This document shows positions 50,301 to 64,000 of a stretch of 64,000 bases of DNA, in pieces. Location of the stretch: positions 14,322,001 through 14,386,000 of the forward strand of contig CM022669.1 in assembly GCA_012295275.1 (NCBI GenBank). The letters are read 5' to 3'. Source of the stretch: Chrysomallon squamiferum. Its lineage: Eukaryota > Animalia > Mollusca. The notes under the pieces are model-generated. The model saw only the letters and a list, made by a program, of their open reading frames with translations. It had not been told where the DNA came from and made no database searches. Each line of letters opens with the position of its first letter. The stretch's first letter is position 1. Both the position numbers and the translations under genes were made by a program.

Positions 50301-52298
50301 ACACGTTGTTGATGTTGTTGTAGCATTAGCAGTGGTACATTGGCTTAACAGTTTTCGTGCCAGTGAGAAGGTATATATATTCACGAGACTTTATTGTTAA
50401 CAGATTAAATTTTGAAATAATTCTATTTATACATCTCTATTATAGATCTCTTGGCCAAATTTATATATTAATCTGTATAAATAAATAACTTATATTATAA
50501 GCATCCGTGTGTTTATGTGTCTACAAGAATATCTGTCCAACTGACCATCTATCCGTCTTTTCCTTACGTTTTACAATCTCAGCTCTTTAAATACTTGCTT
50601 GCCTGTATATATGCATATTAATTTTTTTTTTTTTTTTTTAACCTCTTTGCGATTTAATTGAAAACAAGCATTAAAATTATAAAACAATAAAAAGATGGCT
50701 GGATCACCAACTTTGACATAATACAATTCATTACGCTCATCACTGCCATTCTCCCGGAGTATAATTTAAATTTTTTGACTGTTTTTTTTGTTTATATACA
50801 TCTTTTTAATTGTTTATGCGACAAAATGTGTGTTTGTTTGCATAACTCGGAGCAGTTTGACACATGGTTGCAATTGTTGGCATTTCCAGCGCGTCGTTTC
50901 AGTTGCAACACAGATAACGCAAACATGTTAAACGTGCAAGGGTCAAGGCCGAATGATGATGATGAAAACAGCGATAACAACTTGATCTATATTTTGACAG
51001 AAATCAAGGCAGATGACGATGATAATGATGATGATGATGATGACGATAAGAAAGAGAACTGAATTAGAAGATCAAGATCAATAACAACAACAACAACAAC
51101 AACAATAATAATAATAATAATAACATTAACAACAACCACCACCACAACAACAACAATAATAATAATAACAACAACAACAATAATAATAACAACAATAATA
51201 ATAACAGTAATAAAAATAGTATTCTGCTAGAAGTAACTAGTGGTAATATCTTTGTCGTAGTTTTTTCTTTGGTACATACTCCTTACTCAGTCGCTATTTG
51301 GCACATTAATGTTAATGTTAAAATGTGTTTAGGATTTATTGATAATCAGATAATACGGTAATCAAATTAATTTACCTTCTGAAATCCTTCACAGTTTTCT
51401 CCGTTGAAAGGGAGGTGTGGTTACAGAGAAATTAGTTCAGGTAACATACCTGTTTAATTTGAGTTATTATTTTCAGTACAGAGATTCACCTGCCTGCAAC
51501 AGATCAATAGGAAGCATTTCAGACCTGTAGATGTGAAAAATAATCTAAACACGCACAGACGTACACACACACTCACGCACGTACACAAGATGTTATTAGA
51601 TAAACATACATAGGCAGAACCACAAAATCATATATATATATATATGCATGCATACTTCCATTCTCGCACATATACTCATATACAGATGTACCCACCTACA
51701 CAAATATACACATACACGCGGACACATGCACATTCTTGCACATACATATGCGCTTTCATGTAAGTACACACATATATACATACAAACATACACACAAATA
51801 CGCAGATTCATACACTTACACACGTACACACATATAAATACATACATACATACATACACCCACAGATACAGAGAAACATACACACGTACAAACATACCTA
51901 CATGTGCACAAGCATACACATTCAAATGTGTAGCATTTATCAGTTAATCTACTTCTCTCATAAACAATTCCAAACGTGCAAATTATCAAACATACTGTCA
52001 CACTAGATACATGCATTATTATCACATATTACACAAACATTATCTTCACAACTTAAAATCCAATTACGTCATTGCGTACACATACTTGTCAATGCGTCAC
52101 AGCAGTATCATTATTTCATATTTGTGTTTTAATGTTACTGATTAATATTAATGATGTTGTTTAAAGGTTAATATTCGTATAGCAGATATAGGTGAGAGAC
52201 AACGTACAGTCATAAATGACGTTCAGCAGTATAATATAAGTTGAATGAATTCATCACCACAGCTGAACATTAACTAAAATTCAAAAATAATAAATAAA

Positions 52299-52329
<31 letters not shown>

Positions 52330-52647
52330 AAAAAAAAAAAAAAAAAAAAAAAAAAAACTAAATAAATAAATAAATAAGCAAAATAAAGAAAGAAAAAAGA
52401 AAGAAAGAAAGAAAGACAATTTTAAAAGAACTTGACTAACATATCCATCTCTATCACTTCGGGGTATCTTTACATGTATCCCTCAGATGTCCACGTAATG
52501 GGCTAATTGGGTGTGAAAGAACAGATGAGTCAAAAAATTTAAACACATCTGTCAGTTTCCCAGAGAGTCGGGGGGAATATGTGTTAGAAATGTTACGTCA
52601 AACGTTTAGAAAAATGTCATAACTTGTAACTGGATCGAGCTAAATAG

Positions 52648-52831
52648 TTAATAGTAGTATTAGTTCTAGTAGAAGTAGTAGTAGTAGTAGCAGTAGTAGT
52701 AGTAGTAGTAGCAGTAGTAGTAGTAGCAGTAGTAGTAGTAGCAGTAGTAGTAGTAGTAATAGTAGTAGTAGTAGCAGTAGTAGTAGTAGAAGTAGTAGTA
52801 GTAATAGTAATAGTAGTAGTAGTAATAGTAA

Positions 52832-52890
<59 letters not shown>

Positions 52891-52956
52891 ATAGTAGTAG
52901 TAGTAGCAGAAGTAGTAGTAGCAGTAGTAGTAGTAATAGTAAAAGTAGTAGTAGAG

Positions 52957-52989
<33 letters not shown>

Positions 52990-52990
52990 A
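52648..52990. repeat. (TAG)n trinucleotide microsatellite
   Basis: Direct reading. Confidence 0.95.
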
Positions 52991-53193
52991 ATAAATACTG
53001 GAAATATAATTGCGCTGTGAAACGTTTTTAAGGAATCTAATAAAGACATTAATTAAATTAAAACGGAACATTGATATAAAATTGTAAAAATTCTATTTAA
53101 TTCTTCTTTTGAACAAAAATAATACAGGCAAATATCGTTTTTACTGTTGTCCATTCACACCATTCTCTTCAAGATAGGATCAGTTATCTCCCT

Positions 53194-54671
53194 TCAATTG
53201 TAGCCTTTCCACGCATATGAGGCGACGACTCCCATGTCGCTGTATATTGATGACGTCACGCGTCTGTCGCTATCGGGAATCTTTTCTTTTTTCACTCGGG
53301 TTAGACGTTCAAGCTGGAATGAAAAAAAAAAAAAAAAAACGGAAGAAAAGATAGCGTAAAATGCTGCTTAGATTTTTCAGTGAATGTTATGTAAATACAT
53401 TAAAAGAAGACAATGATCGTTTAGAAACTACTACCAGACGTCGGGCAGTTCAGTTGGACCAATCAGCATTTAGCTTTTGTCATTTGATCCCTTATTTTAT
53501 TTTATTTTATTTTATTTTATTTATTTATTTGTTGTGTCTGTGTGAGTTCCCCTCTTTTCCTCTTCTTCTTCTTCTTCTTCTTCTTTTTCTTCTTATTCTA
53601 TTTTTGGACTGAATTCTGACCTTGCTACTAATATCCCTGACTGAATAAATTAATTAAAAGAAGTAATAAAAGCAATGAAATGGAGGTTGGGGGGCGGGGC
53701 AAATGACGTATTTAATAGAATTAAAGTTACCGTATATTATCAGCTCTTCATTTTTTTTTTATAAGCGAAGGGGAGGGCAAATAAAAATCATAAAATGACA
53801 AGGAAACTTTTTGTTAAGGCTTAGACTTTTTACAAAGACAGAAAATATTAATTACGAAAGAAATGGAAAGAAGAAGAAAAAAATCGATAAAGCAACGTAA
53901 ACAAATCAGTTAAAACACGAATAAAAGTAAAACATTTAAAACGCTAACAACTAACATTTTCTCTTTACATAACTTTAAGAAGTTGACAGGCATGCTTTCA
54001 GTTTTGATCATTCATTAAAACTTGATAATATTATTGAATATTATTGTACGATATGAGAAAGGAACGAACTAAGAACCCGTATATTTTTTTTTTCCCAGTG
54101 ACTCAGTCTTTAAAATACATTTGTAACAATTAATTTCTTATTATGTAATAATTAACGACAGGAATTTCGTTGTTATCGCCATCAACAGTAACAACCGCCA
54201 CTTTTACTATTACTTTTTCTGCACTAGTACTATTACTATAGTAATTTTACTGTTACTACTACTAAAACTACTATATCTACAACAACAACTACTATTGTTA
54301 CTACAACTACTACTACTAGTATGACTATTACTATTGCTATAGCTACTACTACTATTTCTCTTACTATAATAATACTTATTACTTTTACTACTACCTATTA
54401 TAATTATTGCAACTACTGTTACTATTATAATTATATTATTACACTAAAACAATGAATAGTAATGATAAGACAAATAATAATAAGAAGAAGAAGAAGAAGA
54501 AGAAGAAGAGAAAGAAATAGGCAAAAAATAATAATAGTAATAAGAAGAAGACAAAAATGATGATGATGTTGAACAAAGAAAATCATAGATGAAAAAAAAA
54601 ATTATAAATTATTAAAACGAAATAATGAAATGAAAATATTTTCCTTTTTTCCCCAATTTTTTTATTTTATA

Positions 54672-54706
<35 letters not shown>

Positions 54707-54915
54707 ATTTTCATAATTTCATCTTCACTCATGGATTTGTTGGTTCTCTCGTATGCTCTGCTTTCCGGAGTTTTCACAGTGTAAAGGCGCTCAACGGTCT
54801 GTTTTATCTCGTAGTCGGTCAGTCGCTGGTACCCTAGTCCGAACTCTGGTTTGATTATTGTACCCCAGTTCTGTTTGGAACTCTTAGGACGGACGGAAGA
54901 ACGGATGGCGCTCAT
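53194..54915 (-). CDS. Uncharacterised 109-aa protein with two EIxxx[VL]ERL repeats
   Basis: Exons 54915-54706 (donor ATG|gtaaaa) and 53313-53194 (acceptor polyT-ttccag) join at phase 0: MSAIRSSVRPKSSKQNWGTIIKPEFGLGYQRLTDYEIKQTVERLYTVKTPESRAYERTNKSMSEDEIMKMLERLTRVKKEKIPDSDRRVTSSIYSDMGVVASYAWKGYN*. There is an in-frame stop upstream of the ATG. Candidate upstream non-coding exon donors near 55846 and 56792. Confidence 0.88.
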
Positions 54916-54978
54916 AGTGACAGGTTCCTCTGATCAAACTCAATCCACAGCCTTCGTATATCATACATCTGTAAAAAA

Positions 54979-55053
<75 letters not shown>

Positions 55054-55223
55054 GTTGTTGTTGTTGTTGTTGTCGTTGTTGTTGTTGTTTGATGTTATTA
55101 TTACTGTTATTTATTTTTGCTAATACTGTTACTGTTACCACTATTATTACAACTGTTACTACTGCTACCACTGCTACTGTCAAATTTTTGTTATTGTTGT
55201 TGTTGTCGTCGTTGTTGGTGTTG

Positions 55224-55278
<55 letters not shown>

Positions 55279-56593
55279 TGTTATTTATTGCAACTATTAG
55301 AACAACTATTAATAAAACATATTACTACTATCACCACTACTAGTACTTCTACTTTTATCACAACTACTATAAGTGTCACTTCTACTATTACTACTTCTAC
55401 TACTAATACCGCATCTACTATTAAAACAACTACTACGATTAGTACTACTTTTACTACTACTGCTAATAAGACTTTTACTATTACTACTTATAGTAATGAT
55501 AATGATGATGATTAAAAAATGCGTATGCTCTATTTGTATAATTATAAGAAAGACACTGATCAGCTAATCAGCTAGAGAGGTGCACAGATTACAATAATCA
55601 CAGATATTACAGGTATATATCAAAAACCGTATCTTTCTTAGGGTACAAATCAAATTTAAATATCTTCTAAAATGAAATAAAGTTAATAAAATAATTTGAA
55701 TCCAAATACGATAAAAGAAAGAAAAAAAAAAAAAAAAAAAAAAAACACTACATACAAACAAAGAAAAAAAACAACATTTTCTTAGTTCGAATTAATAATA
55801 AAATAAAAAATAAAAATTTAAAAATACAGCAAATCTTATATCACCTGTAAGGAATCGAAAATCTTTAACAAAATCCTTATTTCTCGCGTTTTGCTGTTAC
55901 ATAACCATTCGAACAGGAGCAGCTATTACAATTCTAAACTAACGATAAGAACGTCACAACTTGTCTCAACGTGTCACTAAGGACAAGTGAAGAAAATAAA
56001 TAAAAATAAACAACCAGCACACATCGAGTTAGATTTGTGGCTTGTTCGTTATACACCCGGATCGTGGCAACTATCGATTTAAAACGTCTCAACTTACGTG
56101 AGAAGCACTTCTGCTGTTCGGCTCTGTACTGAACGGGGTGGGTGGGTGGGTGGGTGGGTAAATAACCGTATTTCACCGTGTATATGTTGTACAGGATTAA
56201 GATACTGAACTAGCTTATAATTTATTATTGGTGGTGTTGTTCTTGTTCGTCTTTTTCTTCTTATTATTATTATTGCTGTTGTTGTTTTTTTTGTTGTTTT
56301 TCTTCTTCTTCTTCTTCTTCTTCTTCTTCTTCTTCTTCTTCTTCTTCTTCTTTTCTTCTTCTTCTTCTTCTTATTTATTACAATTTATTATTATTGTTGT
56401 TGTTGTTGTTACTATTATTATTAATTGTGATTTATTTAAAAATAATAATAATAACAGCAACAACAACAACTGAAAATAATAACGCTAATAATAAGAATAA
56501 TAATAATACATTATTATTATTTTTATCATTATTAATATTATTGCTAATATTATTATTACGATTATTGTTATTGTTGTTGTTATTATCATATTG

Positions 56594-56643
<50 letters not shown>

Positions 56644-56685
56644 TTTTATTATTATCACTATTATTTTTACTATTATTTTTTTTAC

Positions 56686-56727
<42 letters not shown>

Positions 56728-57448
56728 TAACGCTAAGGGGAGGGAAAAAAAAACACGCTTCATTAATGCTTCAAAATGAGACCATCACTTACTGCATACA
56801 CTACGGTAGAATGCCCCGCGGTTTTTATTAACTGTCATTGCTATTGATATGTGCTTATTTATCGCTTGGCTAACACTTCTCGCTAACAGTAAATATGAAC
56901 TTGATTGATGGTCGAATCACGAATACGTCAATACACTTTCTGGGGGTTGAATAATCGAACGGTCGCGAGCTTTTGTTCCACTCTCGTTGTTTTGCTGTTT
57001 ATGTGGACGACTTAAGTAACTGTACTCCATGTTTCTTAGCTCTGTCTGAGTCTGCTGTTATGTTGGTTACCCGTGCAGTCCTGTTTTGTGTGACAGGGCT
57101 TTCGTGTAGTAAAGCATAAACAAGTGAACAAAGATAGGGTAGTAGTTTACGTGTATTTTTTTTTGTTTTTTTGTTAGAAGTTTACGTTTGTGAAAAGAAT
57201 AAGCTTGTGTTGTTTTTGGGGGGGAAATTTCGTTATTGTCAAGGGTATCAGGTTGTGGTTATCTATTTGCATGTCTGCCTGCTTATTTATTTATATCTCT
57301 GTCTGTCTGTCTGTCTATCTGTCTTATATATGTTTGTCTGTCAGTCTCTCTCTCTCTCTTTCTCTATTTTTGTTTGTATCTAGCTTTGTTTGTCTCTGAA
57401 TCTCCATGTTTCATTTAGCCTGCCTGCCTATCTTTCTGTCTATCTATG

Positions 57449-57502
<54 letters not shown>

Positions 57503-57689
57503 CTGTTTATATAGTATTACAGAAAAGAAATATAAAACCTACGTGTTTCTTCCCAGATTCCACGATTTGCTACGAATGTAAGTGTGTTGAAGATAAACAC
57601 GAATGAAGGTAATTTTCGTCTGTATCAGAGTTGACAAACTTCACAGTTTGAATTTAAACATTTTCTATTGTTTTAATACAAACACAGGC

Positions 57690-58990
57690 AGTGGGAAACT
57701 GGGGACAGATGAGACACTTTTAAGATACTTAGCCATTGTACCACAACCTTCATAGCTGTTGATAAAAAAACAAAAAACGGTTGAAGCTTATACAGGCATT
57801 ATTACCATACAGAGTTTGACAGGTTGTTTTCATCTACATTGTTACCCCAGGATAAGGGAACAAGGACCCACCCATCGGGGTCCTGTGGGCGATGATCTGA
57901 AACAGTGAAACTAGCTAGAAACGACAAATGAACATTTTCTATATTTTCTTATTCCTGTAATAAATTTCATCTGAGATGCACATACTGTAATAAATAAACT
58001 GATGGGTGAATTACATTTTCAACACTTTGACCTCAGGCTGGGGCACACTGTTGTGCTATTGACTCAGTCTTCATGGTTTCAGTGTAGTTTCAAGAGTACT
58101 AAACTAATGCTGAATCTTATTCATGATGGAACCCATCAAAACAGGCACTTAGTTATATGATTCCCTTCTGTCTTTTGAGAGTTTGCACTGCAGGTTTAGC
58201 AAGGACTCCCAAAATCAAATCTGCCTCAACTGAGCTTATTTCCTCCTGGACAGCCTCAGTAAATGCACATGACACAGTAAGATTTTGTGAGAAATTGGTC
58301 TTCACAGCCCCATCATCATCTTTTGGTTGTAGTGACCAGTGCTCTTCATTAGCTCTGCTGAAAAGAGTCCCCTATCTGTCTTCTTTTCTTTCTTTCTAGG
58401 CATTCTTTTTTCACAAGATACAGCATTCTAGTGGGTCCAGAATAAAGGTAATACCAGTAATTAATTGTCTGTCAAATAACTTTGATTTTAAGGCTATACA
58501 TTCCTTTGAAATGCAGTGGGATCCAATGAGCCACCTGCCCATGACAGTGGAAAACCAGACTCCACAGAAACAGGCTCATTGGTCTGCAGCATCACTTTTA
58601 TTATGTTAGCCCAGTGTACCAGAGAACCACATGGCTGACCAACTAAAACTGAATTTAGAAGTGAAAAAAAAAAAATTAAATTACTCTCAAAAAACACAAT
58701 GAAAGGACCTATGAAATATGTATTATAACCTCAATATTAAACTGTAACCAAAACACACAAAACTTACTCAAAGTTGTCAGAAACCTACATTTTAACTGTT
58801 GTCCTGATGGCTTGCTCCAAAGTTCAGTGAACAGTGTGGGTGAAGGTTACATGCACAGTAGCTGCACTGATGGTGGGTAGGTGTCACTACCATTCTGCAG
58901 TCAGAAGTTTATGGTGAGGCTCAAAGGTCCCCATGGATCATCAGTCCTCAGTTTCCATATTGGCTGTTTTATAGCTAAATCATGTTCCCT
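57690..58990 (-). mobile_element. Decayed DNA-transposon remnant (pogo/CENP-B-like N-terminus)
   Basis: Block is nearly devoid of CpG compared with its flanks. The minus strand from 58403 reads MPRKKEKKTDRGLFSAELMK, resembling the start of HTH-psq/pogo-type transposases (from memory), and then breaks. Possible terminus ggggacagatgagacac at ~57701. Confidence 0.4.
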
Positions 58991-59096
58991 TTTAGACTAT
59001 ATGTTAGTTGTAATTTGTATAAAGATTTTTCATTTTATTTCACTCTTTATATTTCTTTGTTCTCACTTGTTATTTAAAACTATCATTTATATCTAT

Positions 59097-59206
<110 letters not shown>

Positions 59207-59364
59207 CTCTCTGATTTACTCTCAATCATTTTCTTCCCATTATCAGCATTTCTCCATTTATTTCATAAAGTCAACACACAGAACATCAGCTCTCCCTTAA
59301 ATAAACACCCCAATCATTTCAGACACTAAAATAAACAACTACAAACATACATCTTTGCCTTGCA

Positions 59365-59506
59365 ATATTATTTTAATAAGTAAACTATTATTTTTATAAG
59401 TAAAATATTATTTTAATAAGTAAAATATTATCTTAATAAGTAAAATATTATTTTGATAAGTAATATATTATCTTAATAAGTAAAATATTATTTTATAAGT
59501 AAAATA
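59365..59506. repeat. 20-bp AT-rich tandem repeat (ttttaataagtaaaatatta), ~7 copies, just 3' of the PGRP stop
   Basis: Direct reading. Confidence 0.85.
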
Positions 59507-59577
59507 CAATTACATTAAAGCATAATGGTATTAACACAACGTCTTTCTCCTTCCTTCGTTCTTTCTTTCTTTCCGTA

Positions 59578-62728
<3,151 letters not shown>

Positions 62729-63968
62729 TTTCTTTTTTCTGAAAGTATTTTAGAACCTAGGAGATATTACTGTTGTTGTTGTTGTTGTTATTATTTATCT
62801 TAAAAAAGAAGAAAAAGAAACACAAGGATAGCATGTTTTTTTTTTTATTATTATTGAAGATGTACATTAAATAAATAAATATTAGAAACAGTTCTAGCAA
62901 TAGTACTAGTAATAAATAAATAAATGATGATAATGATTATGATAATAATAATAATAATGGCAATGATGATAATGACGATGATGATAATAATAATAATAAC
63001 TTATATTGCAGTCACAGATAACAGTCTCAGGTTTGCGAGATGAAATTTAAATATTAAATGTAATTAAATGCAGTATACAAATCTATTACACATGAACAGT
63101 ACATTTTGTTCTTCTTCGTAATGCTTAATACTTAGTTAATAGTTACTTATAACAATATAAATAAATGGATTATTATCAGAGAGTCAAAAGATAATAATGG
63201 TTTAAAACAGCACCAGTAAATTAAAATATAACTATATATACAAAATTTAATAACAGATGTAAGTAATTCAGTATAATTTTTGTGTTTATAACCCTTCTTG
63301 AAAGAACTATTTTCGTTTGATTTACTTTATCTGTACAGTCCATTTCAAAACGAAAACACGAATCTAAATACTACAAGAACGGAAATTCACTAACATATTA
63401 CATGAAGAAATTATCTACAAAGGGAAAAATTATAGTTAAAAGCGTACATTTACAATTATAACCGTCATAGTACTTCAGTAAATACAAACAGATATTTGAA
63501 CTTACAACAAAAACACTTAATTTAATTCAACTACCAGCAATTTAATTTACGTGAAAAATAATCAGAAACTAAAAACAAAACAAAAAATAGAACAAAAAAG
63601 GAAACAACATATTACTCAAAGAATCATCTGAAAAGGTATATAACTATACAGTGAAATTTGAATATTTATAGATATTACCTTCCGTGTTACTTCGGAACCG
63701 TGTCTGTCTTAGCTGTATTTAGAAAACTGTTTCTAGATAATGAAGTAACCAGATACAAATAAAAGTCAGCTGTTGACTGATATAAAAAAAAAGATAAGAT
63801 AAAAACTGTTCTCGCTCGTGTGAGTCATACTAGTCTTTCGTTTTGAAATGATCATTCAAAAAAATAAATTATTTTAATTAATTATTATTTTTTAATTTGT
63901 TTGTTTGTTTATCCGTTTGTTTTTGTCGTAATTATTGTTTTTATTTTATTAATATTATTTATTTATTT

Positions 63969-64000
<32 letters not shown>

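Noticed and set aside
51370-51530. Splice-like signals downstream of the 109-aa gene
   Set aside because: Joining gives an immediate stop; exon 53313-53194 already completes the protein.
63679-63830. Coding first exon or NF-kB promoter for PGRP
   Set aside because: No ATG in a usable frame. Only short GATA and AP-1 matches are seen, too common to call.

Overview
AT-rich, microsatellite-dense eukaryotic (animal; mollusc-like by inference) genomic DNA with spliced genes, so the unspliced ORF track is mostly noise. Hand-built splice models give six protein-coding loci: (1-2) a tandem pair of SLC22/organic-cation-transporter-like genes on the minus strand (one complete, 10 exons, 574 aa; one truncated by the window edge); (3) a 3-exon claudin/PMP22-like tetraspan on the plus strand; (4) a 73-aa two-exon gene absent from the ORF track, with signal peptide, tiny S/T/E/P core and GPI-type tail (CD24/CD52-like architecture); (5) a 109-aa uncharacterised protein; and (6) a short amidase-type PGRP. 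There are also non-autonomous Tc1/mariner-superfamily elements and several minisatellites. The most unusual structural signal is that two unrelated genes (PGRP, SLC22) each carry an intronic tandem array built from their own exon-end plus 5' splice donor. The PGRP array is young with all donors intact; the SLC22 array is older with the donors mostly decayed. All coordinates were read by eye and no database search was run.
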